A stretch of 62,329 nt of DNA, filler included, from 9 parts of 9 records of this genome joined end to end with filler, not necessarily neighbours in it, one strand, 5' to 3'; positions 30,197-41,047 are shown, counted from the whole stretch's first letter. The notes: generated from the sequence alone by a model not told the origin. Translations and numbers: made by a program.

Positions 30197-32025
30197 ATAT
30201 CATGTTATATGTCTTTATATGATTGTATCCTTTCTGACTATGGCTTATTCGCAACCACAAAAAAGTCAGAATATCGAGAGAGAATTAAGACGAATGGCAT
30301 CCGGTTACGAACGAGCACGCCAATTCGAAAGGGCTGCCGAGTTATATACTGAACTCTGTTTTCGCGAGAAGGAGAATCTGTCGAGTTATCTGGGTGCCAA
30401 AAGAAACTTTTTAGCCATTAAAGGATATGATAGATTTCGAAATTTAATAATACAGTTACAACAAAAAAAAGGGTGCTTCGATATGAAGTGGATCTGGCAC
30501 TCATCGAGTATTTAAGCGGAAACGAGCAGCAAGCTGTTAAGCATTGGCAAGCAATTTTGGAGGATAATTCCCGCAATAAACAGGCTTATTCATTGGTTGG
30601 TTCAGCGTTAGTTGGAAACAGATTATTTGATAATGCCCTGGAAAGCTATAAAAAAGCGCGAAAAGTTTTTCGTGATGAGTCTTTGTTTATATTTGAAATA
30701 GCGACTATATATACGCTGCAATCTGACATGGAAAAGGTAACAACAGAGTATTTAAGATATTTAGAGAAAAATAGACATCAGGTTTTGTTTATTGATTCAC
30801 GATTGTCAAACATATCGACAACAAAAGAGACAGTAGAAAAAGTTTCCAAAACGTTACAAAAAGCCTTAAAGAAAAATCCGGAATTGTCGCAACAAATATT
30901 ACAGCTCCTGGGAAATTTGTTAACGAGAAATCGTCAATACCATGAGGCGCTATCCTATTACCGTTTATTGGAAAATGATATACCAGAAGAGGCAAAGAAA
31001 AAAATCAACTCAGTAAGGAAAAGTTACTTTATGATTTTGCTCTGGCCACCTCGAAGGATGGTGAATATGAATATGCCCGTCAGGCGTATGAGCTCATTAT
31101 TCAGAATCATGCTCATGGTCATTACTCTCTTCAGGCAAAGTTCGGTTTGGCAAAATTATATGAAAACCGTGGTAATACCCTGGAGGCAATAAGAGCCTAT
31201 GAAACATTTATTACTTCACATCCAAAATCCATTGAAGCGGTGAATGCGTTACTACGAGTTGGAGACCTATGGTTAGATGAAAAAGGTAATACAGAACAAG
31301 CTCAAAATGCTTATAACAGGATAATTAAAGATTATCATGGAAATGCTCTTCGTATTACCGCCTTTTTCCGGTTGGCCAAATGTGCCCTGGTTGAGGATAA
31401 CCTTTCAGAGGCAGAGGGTATTTATAGTAAAATTGTGAGTGAATCTGTAAAGAATCCTAAAAACAAGAGTGAAGCACAGTATCAACTGGGAATGTTAAAA
31501 TTTTATCAAGCACAACCCTCTCGTGCCAAAAGTTATTTAGAAGAGGTGTTAAACGCTGAAGATAATGAAAAAAAGACTCTAAATTTACTTGAAAATGATG
31601 CACTCGAGCTATATATGCTTATACAGGAACATATTGCTGATTCCAGTGCGTTAGCAATAATAGGGCAATCAAAATTATTACTATTACAAAAAAGAGAAAA
31701 TGAATGCCGCAAGCTCGTCGAATCATACTTGTTGGAGCATTCTGATGTGGCCATTAAAGATGAAATGCTCTTTCTTCTTATCCAGGTTTATCGTAATAGT
31801 GGAGAGAGCGATCTTGCGTTGCAGGCTTGTACACAAGTCATGAATGAAAAAGAGAGTTTTTATAAAGATCTCGCCCTTAAAACCAAAGCAGAAATATATG
31901 AATTGGATTTGATGGATTATAATAAAGCGCAAGAATCTTACGAAACTTTGCTGGCAATATTCCCGCAAAGTATATATATTGAAGAAACGAGAAAACGAAT
32001 AAGAGCTTTAGAAAAATTAAATTAA
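30171..32025 (+). CDS. Secreted TPR-repeat protein; frameshifts near 30465 and 31020
   Basis: ORFs 30132-30515, 30473-31192 and 31147-32025 form continuous TPR helices; ends FPQSIYIEETRKRIR. Confidence 0.7.
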
Positions 32026-32054
32026 ATCCACTATCTAACGTTAAGGGTATTCAA

Positions 32055-32297
32055 ATGGTTATAAAAACCTTCTATGTCAAACACATCGATGTAAAAGAGG
32101 TACTCAAGCGTGTCCATGCACTTGGTATAATGGATTACACGGTCACATGGGGATATGATATGGATGAAAAACTAAATGCATTGACATTTCAGATCACCAG
32201 TACTGTTGGCTCTGGCTCTAAGGAAAAAGAAACAGAAGTAATTAAAGCAATAGAATCGTTTATTAAATCAATTGATATTGAAAAAAAACCAGAATAA
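32055..32297 (+). CDS. 80-aa protein resembling a stand-alone secretin N (NolW-like) domain
   Basis: KTFYVKHIDVKEV ... DEKLNAL ... IESFIKSIDI pattern; fits the gap between two operon genes. Confidence 0.5.
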   Translation: MVIKTFYVKHIDVKEVLKRVHALGIMDYTVTWGYDMDEKLNALTFQITSTVGSGSKEKETEVIKAIESFIKSIDIEKKPE

Positions 32298-32302
32298 ATC
32301 GC

Positions 32303-33562
32303 GTGCGTAAGTTAATAATTATTTACATTTTTCTTTTATTTATTCCTCAGGTTCATGCGCAAAAAATGCTGATCCACATGGATTTGCAACAAACAGATCA
32401 TTTGAAAGCCTATGGCGTTGCTTTTTGGGCTTTGGAACGTGGTATTAATGTTGAATGGTTGTTGAATTATCGTGGTGGATCCTTCCTGATGGATTATTAT
32501 TCCGAGGTTGAACGGGAGTTAAGGGTCAGAGGTGTATCCTATTCAAAGCAAACGTCATCCGAAGCAGCCAGGATTTACGCTGTTGTTGAGCAGGAAAATA
32601 TGGATGTTGTTTTGCTTGAAAAAGCTCCCAAAGTGGCTGTATATGCACCCCCAAACAAGCAAGCCTGGGATGATGCTGTGCTTTTAGCCCTGGAATATGC
32701 AGAAGTACCCTATACACTCTTATGGGACGAGGAGGTATTAAGAGGGGAGCTGGAAAAATATGATTGGTTACACCTCCATCATGAAGATTTTACAGGGCAG
32801 TATGGCAAATTTTATGCAAGTTATCGTAATGCTGATTGGTATAAAGATGAAGTGGCAAAGAATCAGGCCATAGCAGCGAAACTCGGATTTTCAAAAGTAT
32901 CTGCCTTAAAAAAATCGGTTGTTTTTACAATCAAGGATTATGTGAGAAGAGGTGGGTTCCTATTTGCAATGTGTTCTGCCACAGATACCTATGACATTGC
33001 AATAGCTGCAGCACATACAGATATCTGTGCTGAAATTATTGATGGTGATTCTCAGGACCCTAACGCACAGTCAAAGCTGGATTATTCCGGAACACTAGCT
33101 TTTCAGGATTTTAAATTGGAAATGAACCCAATGGTTTATGAATATTCCAATATAGATATCCCCCCGAGCAATATCCCGGTTTTACGAGGTGCAGAAGCAG
33201 ATTATTTTACCCTGTTTGATTTTTCCGCAAAATATGATCCTGTACCAACAATGTTGACACAAAATCATGTATCTGCAATTAAAGGATTTATGGGACAAAC
33301 CACGGGTTTTCGAAAAAGTGTGATCAAGAAATCTGTTGTTATATTGGCTGAAGCAGAAGGGACCGAACAAGTCAAATATTTGCATGGTAATCTTGGGCGA
33401 GGCACTTTTACCTTTTATGGTGGTCATGACCCGGAAGATTATCAACATTTTATTAATGATCCGCCAACGCAATTATCTCTTTATAAAAATTCTCCGGGCT
33501 ACCGACTGATACTAAACAATATTCTCTTTCCAGCAGCCAGAAAAAAGAAACTAAAAACGTGA
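32303..33562 (+). CDS. Conserved secreted FCB-group protein (often auto-labelled asparagine synthetase B)
   Basis: Signal peptide; HLKAYG, WLLNYRGGSF, YDWLHLHHEDFTGQYGKF, FAMCSATD, GGHDPEDY, LILNNILFPAA. Confidence 0.75.
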   Translation: MRKLIIIYIFLLFIPQVHAQKMLIHMDLQQTDHLKAYGVAFWALERGINVEWLLNYRGGSFLMDYYSEVERELRVRGVSYSKQTSSEAARIYAVVEQENMDVVLLEKAPKVAVYAPPNKQAWDDAVLLALEYAEVPYTLLWDEEVLRGELEKYDWLHLHHEDFTGQYGKFYASYRNADWYKDEVAKNQAIAAKLGFSKVSALKKSVVFTIKDYVRRGGFLFAMCSATDTYDIAIAAAHTDICAEIIDGDSQDPNAQSKLDYSGTLAFQDFKLEMNPMVYEYSNIDIPPSNIPVLRGAEADYFTLFDFSAKYDPVPTMLTQNHVSAIKGFMGQTTGFRKSVIKKSVVILAEAEGTEQVKYLHGNLGRGTFTFYGGHDPEDYQHFINDPPTQLSLYKNSPGYRLILNNILFPAARKKKLKT

Positions 33563-33572
33563 GGGAGTAAAC

Positions 33573-33974
33573 GTGCACATCCAGGAAATTACTGTTCGTA
33601 CCGCATCGAATGTTCAAATGATTAACATCGATCGAGAGGTAAATTCTGCCATCAATAAAAGTGGTGTAGAAAATGGTATTTGTGTTCTTTTTGTTCCACA
33701 TACGACTGCAGGTATAACGATTAATGAGAATGCTGATCCGGATGTTGTACGGGATATCGTCATGGAAATCAATAAAATTGTTCCTTTTAATGATAATTAT
33801 CGACATATGGAAGGAAATTCTGCCGGACATTTAAAATCAAGCCTGTTCGGTCCCTCGCTTTCTCTGATAATAAACAATGGTCAGATTGTATTTGGGACAT
33901 GGCAATCCATATACTTTTGTGAATTTGATGGACCTCGCACTCGTAAAGTGCTGGTAAAGATCATCGGGGGATAA
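33573..33974 (+). CDS. yjbQ: YjbQ/UPF0047 family protein
   Basis: PHTTAGITINENADPDV, HMEGNSAGHLK, GTWQSIYFCEFDGPR. Confidence 0.92.
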   Translation: MHIQEITVRTASNVQMINIDREVNSAINKSGVENGICVLFVPHTTAGITINENADPDVVRDIVMEINKIVPFNDNYRHMEGNSAGHLKSSLFGPSLSLIINNGQIVFGTWQSIYFCEFDGPRTRKVLVKIIGG

Positions 33975-34178
33975 CACCTGGCATTTTTTTCAACGTTTCC
34001 TGATGAATCCTGCGACATTTTTAGTATCTTTGAATGTTTTAAATGTAGAGGGCGTAAGAGGGGCAGACTCGATCATTCTGAGTTTGGTTTGCCAAAAGTC
34101 ATAATTGCATTTAACAACGCAAAGATTTTATCCAACCAATAAAGTATTATTTTGTACGCTTAAAAAAGGCCGTCCGTT

Positions 34179-34347
34179 TTGAGTTCTTTATCCAAATCCA
34201 GGAAAACAAGGGTACCTGCTTACTCTGCACTGGCCCAAATTTATGACCATGTTATGAGCCACGTGGATTATGCCGATTGGGCCGACTATTTAGTAGAAAT
34301 TATAGAGAAACATGATTTTAGTGTTGATAAGATTCTTGAATTGTCCT
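34179..34347 (+). CDS. Class I SAM methyltransferase, 3' truncated
   Basis: YSALAQIYD.VM..VDY..WADYL ... KILEL. Confidence 0.7.
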
Positions 34348-34447
34348 NNNNNNNNNNNNNNNNNNNNNNNNNNNNNNNNNNNNNNNNNNNNTTAATTAAT
34401 TAANNNNNNNNNNNNNNNNNNNNNNNNNNNNNNNNNNNNNNNNNNNN

Positions 34448-34474
34448 CGAGTACGAGTACGTGTACGAGTACGA
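34448..34474. repeat. (CGAGTA)n hexamer tandem repeat at contig start
   Basis: CGAGTA CGAGTA CGTGTA CGAGTA CGA. Confidence 0.7.
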
Positions 34475-34522
34475 TTGACACCGATATCCCATAAGCTAAC
34501 GACATTAACGCTACAGTTAATA

Positions 34523-36958
34523 CTATTTTCCTATCGGAGACAACATAAGTACGCTTTCTGTATGAGCCTCTATCTGCTGGTCGCTGAACCACCAATAGAC
34601 CGGTTCGCCATCCATGAAAGGTTTGATTTGATCGGTCATATGAGGATGGAACTGGCGACCGGTCACACCACCCGGAAGGACCGCAAGGATTTTATCCGGA
34701 TCGCCCATGTCGACCACCATGCGCAGGGAGGCCATAATGGCCACATCGGAGAGGTTGCCATAGGTCGATTTGGCACGGCAGAGGGTATCGCCGGAACCGG
34801 TTGCAGGATATGGCCCGGTGCCAAGCCATCGTTTGGCAAGCCCCTTGCGGGCAATAGGGCTGACGAACTCATAGCGGTGATAGTGCCCCCAACGCCAAGA
34901 TTCCGGATCCTCACCTAATGTGGTTTTTAACCGGCCGGCCACGTTCAAGGCTGATTGGTAGAGCATCTCATCGAGCGTTTCGGTCTTATCATTAGTCCGG
35001 ACATCGTCAAACCAGACGGAGCGGCCGGCCAGTATCATCTGCTCCAGTCTTCCTTCCCAGTAATACGTGTTGCCAAGCATAGCAGGGGCCAGTTCGGCAC
35101 CCAATTCATCCTGGTAAACATTGCGGGCCAACTCTTCGAAAAGGAAGTGGAAGATGGTGGGTTCCGGCCTCTCAGCCGCGTCGATATGGTCCCAGGCGGC
35201 AAGCAGTCTTCCCATGCCTTCGGTATCCGGATGCTTGAGCAGGAAGTCGGCCATAATGGGAGCAATCTGCTTTGCTTTCATATTGACGGCATCACGTTGG
35301 TAACCCCAATGGTTTTCAGCCGACGTGGCCGTCGCCGAGGCCATAATCGCCATCAGGCGCTGTTGACGATATGCGGTGGAAAAGTAGTTGGAGTAGTAAT
35401 AGGGGTAGTTGTCTTCTGTCGTCTTGTGATTGGTGGTGCCCAGCCAGCCCGTTTCGGGATTTTCATCGTGAGGCATCTCCTCAAAAGGGATCCAGCCCTG
35501 CCAATTATCTTTGCTCTCTATTACAACATGCGGCAGCCGGCCGTCGCCCGATGTCCGTATCGGCATCCGCCCGGTCACATGCCAGCCGATATTTCCGGCC
35601 CCATCGGCAAAGACGAAATTTAGCGATATCGAGTTCACATCTCTCAAGGCGTTACGAAAGTCATCTATATTGCGGCAGGAGAGGAATTGATCGAAGCCGG
35701 TTGAAGTGCCCATCGTTTCGAATGCGCTCCATCGGCAACTGATCGCCTTGTCACTATTAGGGATCGCCTTGATCATGGGCAGGACATCACTGACCACCGG
35801 CCCACGATGCGTCTGCCTTATTTGGATGGTCTCGACGGTGTACCCCTCAGGCACCGCTTTATCTTTGAACTTCAACTGCTCTTCGATGACATCGAAAGCG
35901 ACGGTTTGTCCTCCCTCCATGTAGCGATCGGGATCATCGCGGTCGATCGTTTCGACGTAAAGGTCCTGGGCATCGCCATAGGCGTTGGTGACGCCGAAGG
36001 AGATGTAGCTTGTTCGGCCGATGGCCACGCCCGGCGTACCGGGTATGGAGACCCCCACTGCGCGGTTGTCCGGCAATATCAGGGCGCAGGGATACCAGGG
36101 GCCCGGAAGCATGCGCGCATCGAGATGGGGATCGTTGGCCAGGATAGGTTTGTCGCTCACTGATCGGGATGGAGCCACCACCCAGTTGTTGCTTCCTATT
36201 TGAAGCTGATTCAGGGTGATGCTGTCGACCATCTTCGCGGCGATATCGGTTTTAAACAGTTCTCCGGCATCTCCTCCAAGCGGGGCCGGTTTTTCCCCTG
36301 CGGCCGGATTTAAATTCAATGGAAAGAGTTTTGCCGCCCTCTCGTATCCGAGCTTCTGCACCAACATTTGGGAGACCACTTCGTGCCGAATATTGGCGGC
36401 ACTGTTCCATCCCATAAAGTATAAGATCATCAAGGCATCCTCGGGGTGCCATGGTTCCGGCTCGATCCCGGCCAGTTTGAATTCGAGGTGAATCTGCCCT
36501 GGCTGCTCCTGAATGAAGGCATTGATACCATCCACGTATCGTTGAAGATGGCCTTGGGCGTCCGTTCCCAACAGCTGAAAATGCTTTTCAGCCTGACGGA
36601 GGAACCCAAGGGTACGCATGCTCAAGTCGATGGATCTGGCCCCTTTGCCGGCAAGCTCCCCTATCCGCCCCGCCGCGTAGAGTTTGGTCAACTCCATCTG
36701 GAAGAGGCGATCCATGGCCGTGACATAGCCCTGGGCAAAGATAAGATCCCCAATGTTTCCGGCATAGATGTAAGCCATTCCTTTGTCGTCGCGGTGTACG
36801 CGCACCGATTCGGTGAGACCGTCAATTGTCAGCGATGCATCCGCGTTGTATCTATTGAGCGGGGATGGACCAAATGGGTTGATTGCAATGCACACAACCG
36901 CTGTTAGAACAACGACGATGATTAGCACGAGCCACGATGCCCTCTTGAACCAAACCAT
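34523..36958 (-). CDS. Penicillin acylase-family Ntn hydrolase
   Basis: FAQGYVTAMDRLFQM, GSNNWVV (catalytic Ser), LANDPHL, NFVFAD, SLRMVVD. Confidence 0.92.
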   Translation of the reverse strand: MVWFKRASWLVLIIVVVLTAVVCIAINPFGPSPLNRYNADASLTIDGLTESVRVHRDDKGMAYIYAGNIGDLIFAQGYVTAMDRLFQMELTKLYAAGRIGELAGKGARSIDLSMRTLGFLRQAEKHFQLLGTDAQGHLQRYVDGINAFIQEQPGQIHLEFKLAGIEPEPWHPEDALMILYFMGWNSAANIRHEVVSQMLVQKLGYERAAKLFPLNLNPAAGEKPAPLGGDAGELFKTDIAAKMVDSITLNQLQIGSNNWVVAPSRSVSDKPILANDPHLDARMLPGPWYPCALILPDNRAVGVSIPGTPGVAIGRTSYISFGVTNAYGDAQDLYVETIDRDDPDRYMEGGQTVAFDVIEEQLKFKDKAVPEGYTVETIQIRQTHRGPVVSDVLPMIKAIPNSDKAISCRWSAFETMGTSTGFDQFLSCRNIDDFRNALRDVNSISLNFVFADGAGNIGWHVTGRMPIRTSGDGRLPHVVIESKDNWQGWIPFEEMPHDENPETGWLGTTNHKTTEDNYPYYYSNYFSTAYRQQRLMAIMASATATSAENHWGYQRDAVNMKAKQIAPIMADFLLKHPDTEGMGRLLAAWDHIDAAERPEPTIFHFLFEELARNVYQDELGAELAPAMLGNTYYWEGRLEQMILAGRSVWFDDVRTNDKTETLDEMLYQSALNVAGRLKTTLGEDPESWRWGHYHRYEFVSPIARKGLAKRWLGTGPYPATGSGDTLCRAKSTYGNLSDVAIMASLRMVVDMGDPDKILAVLPGGVTGRQFHPHMTDQIKPFMDGEPVYWWFSDQQIEAHTESVLMLSPIGK

Positions 36959-37042
36959 TGATATCCTCCTTGTAAAAAAGTTGGATGGGCCGTCTTTGAG
37001 TGCTGAGAGGGAATCCGAAGAACGTAGATATCAGATGAAGCG

Positions 37043-37780
37043 TTACCCTGGCTTCACCAGCATCTCAATACGCGAGATATCTTCAGGCAGATCGACTTCC
37101 GGTGAGTCGAAAGGCGTAACCACCACTTTGATACGGTGGCCGTGTTCCAGCACCCTGAGCTGCTCCAGCTTCTCGATCTGTTCGAGCCTTCCTCTGGGCA
37201 GGCGGTTGAACGTATCCAGAAACTGTCTGGTGTATGCGTAAACGCCAAGGTGCTTGTATATGGGGAAATCGTGACCACCGTCCCTTGCCAGCGGAATCGG
37301 CGCCCTGGAGAAATAGAGCGCATAGGATTGCCGGTCCATCACCACCTTGCAGTCTTTCGGGTTGGTGTACTCCTGGTGATCCGTGATTTGAAATGCCAGC
37401 GTGCTCATGCCGAGCTGTGGATCCTGCAGCAACGGCTCCACCACGGCATCGAAACAGTCAGGCTGGACCAGCGGTTGGTCGCCCTGTACATTGATTGCAA
37501 TGTCTGTCGGGTTGAGCCCCATTTTATCGGCCGCTTCGGCTACCCGATCACTTCCCGAGCGGTGTTCCGACGAGGTCATCATCGCATCTCCCCCGAAGCG
37601 ATTCACCGCATCGAAGATGCGCTGGTCGTCTGTAGCGACCACGACTTCTGAAATACGTGCCGCGCGCGAAGCGCTCTCGTATACGTGCTGGATCATTGGT
37701 TTTCCTGCGATAGTGGCCAGCGGCTTGCCTTCAAAACGCGACGAACCATATCTGGACGGAATAATGACGACAATTCGCAT
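37043..37780 (-). CDS. kdsB: CMP-Kdo synthetase
   Basis: IPSRYGSSRFEGKPL, NVQGDQP, LYFSRAPIP, HLGVYAY, LEQIEKLEQLRVLE. Confidence 0.94.
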   Translation of the reverse strand: MRIVVIIPSRYGSSRFEGKPLATIAGKPMIQHVYESASRAARISEVVVATDDQRIFDAVNRFGGDAMMTSSEHRSGSDRVAEAADKMGLNPTDIAINVQGDQPLVQPDCFDAVVEPLLQDPQLGMSTLAFQITDHQEYTNPKDCKVVMDRQSYALYFSRAPIPLARDGGHDFPIYKHLGVYAYTRQFLDTFNRLPRGRLEQIEKLEQLRVLEHGHRIKVVVTPFDSPEVDLPEDISRIEMLVKPG

Positions 37781-37863
37781 CTGCTCAACCCTGAAAGAGG
37801 TTTTGAATTTCGTTTGACCATCTCCTTTATCAGACTATCCTTCTCACTCTGAAAGGAGTCGCC

Positions 37864-38613
37864 ATGAACCACCATATGCTTACCGAACTGCTTGAAGCGG
37901 TTGCAAAGGGCCACATCAGTGTCTCCCAAGCCCAGGAACGTTTGGTCGATATGCCCATGGAAGATATTGATTATGCTCATATAGATCATCACCGTAGCCT
38001 ACGCAAGGGCTTTCCGGAGGTCGTCTTCGGCGAGGGCAAGTCAGCCGAACAAATTGCCGGCATCATGGAACGGATGCAAGCCCAGGAGCAGGTCATTCTC
38101 GCCACAAGGACCGATGCGCAAAAAGCCGCCTCAGTTCTGGAGCGGATGCCCGGTGCCGTTTATGATGAAACGGCACGCATGATCATCTGGCAGAACCCAC
38201 CATTGCCCAAAAACGGGCTCGGCAGGATCGCTGTGATCTCGGCCGGAACTTCCGATATTCCTGTCGCACGTGAAGCGTTGCTGACGGCTGATGCAATGGG
38301 CAACGACGTCGAGGCCGTCTTTGACGTCGGGGTCGCCGGCATTCACCGGCTCATGGCACATAGGGAAGTGTTGGAAAAAGCAAGGGTATTGATTGTGGTG
38401 GCCGGTATGGAGGGGGCTTTGCCGAGCGTGGTAGCCGGTATGGTTCGACGTCCTGTTATCGCAGTGCCGACCAGTATCGGCTACGGCGTGAATCTCGGCG
38501 GACTGACAGCCCTTTTCGGAATGCTCAGCAGCTGCAGCTCCAACATCGCAGTGGTCAATATCGACAATGGATTCGGCGCAGGTTACATGGCCGCCTGCAT
38601 CAACCAACCGTAA
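37864..38613 (+). CDS. larB: Nickel-pincer cofactor carboxylase/hydrolase
   Basis: DHHR..RKGFPEVV.GEGK, AGTSDIPVA.EA, DVGVAGIHRL, VAGMEGALPSV, VNIDNGFGAG. Confidence 0.92.
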   Translation: MNHHMLTELLEAVAKGHISVSQAQERLVDMPMEDIDYAHIDHHRSLRKGFPEVVFGEGKSAEQIAGIMERMQAQEQVILATRTDAQKAASVLERMPGAVYDETARMIIWQNPPLPKNGLGRIAVISAGTSDIPVAREALLTADAMGNDVEAVFDVGVAGIHRLMAHREVLEKARVLIVVAGMEGALPSVVAGMVRRPVIAVPTSIGYGVNLGGLTALFGMLSSCSSNIAVVNIDNGFGAGYMAACINQP

Positions 38614-39562
38614 GATAAGAATCAGGCAAAGGGAGCAACCGAGTCATCCCTCCAGCATCAATTGACAGGCGATTTGAATCTCCTCTTGTACTATGGGGAG
38701 CCATTCGTCCGCTTCGTTTATGGATTCCCCAACAGCGATTGCGCAGATGAACACACAGGCCATTCTGCAGCAGGACTTTGCCCTCGATCTGGACATTGAC
38801 GATGGCATCTGCGGTGTGAACCACCAGCGCCAGCTGGTTCACCTCCGGCATCATTTCAGGGTGATGGTGTTGCGCAATTGCCGCCGAGAGATCGTCAGGA
38901 AGGTGCCAGCGACGGGAGAGAAATGCCCCCATTGCATCATGTCCCATGGGAAAGAGCCGCTTTTCGGCCGTTCTGAAAGTGATGCCCTCCGCACTGACAC
39001 AGTCCATCAACGCCAAAAAACGTTCCTTGAAGTATTGGGCCATAACGATTTTGCCGATGTCGTGAATAATGCCGGCCGTAAAGGCGTTCTCATGGCGATG
39101 GCCCCCAAGCGACCTGCTCAGGTGTCGACTGACAACGGCAACAGCTACGGCGTGATTCCAGAACTCGCTCATATCCAATCCGCTGCGCTTGTCATGCCCT
39201 GCTCCCAGAGCATCGATAACAGCCATTGAGAGGACGGCATTGAGCACCGTGTTGAACCCGAGGATCACTATCGCATGGGCTGTATTCGACACCTTTGAGC
39301 TGAAGCCGAAAAAGGAGGAGTTTGTCAGTTTCAGCAATTTGGCTACAATCGCCGGGTCCTTTTCGATCACATTTGCCAGCTCGTCAGCACTTGTATCCAT
39401 ATCCTGAAGCATACTGTTGATGCGTACGGCAACGGCCGAAAGCATCGGCAGCTCTTCTATCGATTCCAGGTAGGACATGATATCGCCCGGCGTGATATCA
39501 CCATTCGGCGGTTCATGCTTGGAAAGTGTTTGAAGTCTGCTTTTGGCTGTTGTGTTCGTCAT
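38600..39562 (-). CDS. HDOD-domain signalling protein; 3' end probably frameshifted
   Basis: DPAIVAKLLKLTNS, FWNHAVAVA, AGIIHDIGK, H..MG.FL..RW.LP, IAQHH. Confidence 0.85.
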   Translation of the reverse strand: MTNTTAKSRLQTLSKHEPPNGDITPGDIMSYLESIEELPMLSAVAVRINSMLQDMDTSADELANVIEKDPAIVAKLLKLTNSSFFGFSSKVSNTAHAIVILGFNTVLNAVLSMAVIDALGAGHDKRSGLDMSEFWNHAVAVAVVSRHLSRSLGGHRHENAFTAGIIHDIGKIVMAQYFKERFLALMDCVSAEGITFRTAEKRLFPMGHDAMGAFLSRRWHLPDDLSAAIAQHHHPEMMPEVNQLALVVHTADAIVNVQIEGKVLLQNGLCVHLRNRCWGIHKRSGRMAPHSTRGDSNRLSIDAGGMTRLLPLPDSYLTVG

Positions 39563-39608
39563 TTTCTATCTCTCCCTCCTCAGAGATGCTATTGAAGATC
39601 CTTTGGAT

Positions 39609-40946
39609 CTATTCGTCGGGGATCAGGCCATCGGCAGCCGGGACAGCTTCTCCTTCTGCCGTTACAGGCAGCCGGATCGTAAACGTCGCTCCATTACCCT
39701 GCTCGCTCACCACATCAATGGATCCCTGGTGTTTCTGGATGATGCTGTAAGCGATATTCATTCCGAGTCCGGTCCCCTTGCCCACCTCTTTGGTCGTAAA
39801 AAAAGGATCAAATATCCTTTTGATATGGTCCGGTGCGATGCCACAGCCGCTGTCGCTGATTATCACCTCGACCATACTGTCCACCGCACGTGTTTCTACT
39901 TTGATAATGCCCTTTTTCTCCATGGCCTGGGCCGCATTGATCAAGATATTCATAAAGACCTGGTTTAGCTGCTGGGGACACCCCTGCACTTCCGGAATAT
40001 CTCCAAGCACCCTTTCCACTGTGGCCTTATACTTGAGTTCATTGTGAACCACATTCAATGTCGATTCCAAACCGGAGTTGATATCTATCGAGTGGAAGCG
40101 GTCATCGCCGGGATGGGCAAAGTTTTTGAGGTCCAGCACAATCCTTTTGATGCGATCGGCCCCTTCGCGGCAATCGCTCACCAAATCGACCATGTCTTCC
40201 AGTAAAAAGTCGATGTCGATCTTTTTCTCCAATGTCTCTATCTCACTTGCGGCCTCATGCAGATCTCCATTTTGCCCTTCGGTTTGGGGCAATGCGTGAA
40301 CCATTTTGATAAAATCGCGATATTTAACGACCATTGAAATGAAGTCGTTCTGGTAATCTTGCAGGGTCCTCAAATTGCTGCTGATAAATCCGGTCGGATT
40401 GTTGATCTCATGGGCAACACCGGCGGCCAATTGGCCGATGGAAGTCATTTTTTCAGATTGAAGCATCTGTTGAAGCATCTGAGCCTGGGTCTTCTCCAGT
40501 TCGCCAAGGGCGCTCTCTATCCGCTCGTTTTTGGTATCCTCCAACAATCTTTTCTCTTTAGCTCTGTGGCGATCCTCATGATCGATAACGCGCGCCCCCG
40601 CCATGATGCGTCCCTTCAGTTCATCGGGGTCGAACGGCTTGGTGATATAGTCATCGGCGCCGCACTTGAACACCTCGACCAAATCTTTATTGTTATCTTT
40701 AGAAGTCACAACCATGATGTAGATATAGCGATCGAAGCGTTCCCCTCGAATATTCCGACACAGCTCAAGCCCGTCCATCTCCGGCATCATCCAGTCGGTG
40801 ATCACTACCTGAATGGGTCTCTTCTTCAACAGACGCCAAGCCTGCTCACCATTTCCAGCTTCAACCACCTGGTGACCCATTTGAGTCAGCGGTTTTTTAA
40901 GCATGCTGCGTGATATCAAGTCGTCTTCAACGATCAAAACTTCCAT
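39609..40946 (-). CDS. Receiver domain fused to histidine kinase
   Basis: VEDD, DWMMPEMDG, KPF; GQLAAGVAHEINNP, QVFMNILINA, DSGCG, FFTTKEVGKGTGLG. Confidence 0.92.
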   Translation of the reverse strand: MEVLIVEDDLISRSMLKKPLTQMGHQVVEAGNGEQAWRLLKKRPIQVVITDWMMPEMDGLELCRNIRGERFDRYIYIMVVTSKDNNKDLVEVFKCGADDYITKPFDPDELKGRIMAGARVIDHEDRHRAKEKRLLEDTKNERIESALGELEKTQAQMLQQMLQSEKMTSIGQLAAGVAHEINNPTGFISSNLRTLQDYQNDFISMVVKYRDFIKMVHALPQTEGQNGDLHEAASEIETLEKKIDIDFLLEDMVDLVSDCREGADRIKRIVLDLKNFAHPGDDRFHSIDINSGLESTLNVVHNELKYKATVERVLGDIPEVQGCPQQLNQVFMNILINAAQAMEKKGIIKVETRAVDSMVEVIISDSGCGIAPDHIKRIFDPFFTTKEVGKGTGLGMNIAYSIIQKHQGSIDVVSEQGNGATFTIRLPVTAEGEAVPAADGLIPDE

Positions 40947-41047
40947 CGATTATCCTGTTGTGGCGTACATCATAAAAAGCGCGACGAGTTGCCGTTGCCG
41001 ACGGCTGCTTGGATTCAAGGGACAATATAGTGGTCCTGTATACATTC

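Noticed and set aside
33975-34178. Structured RNA between yjbQ and the methyltransferase
   Set aside because: Only one imperfect hairpin; no recognisable family features
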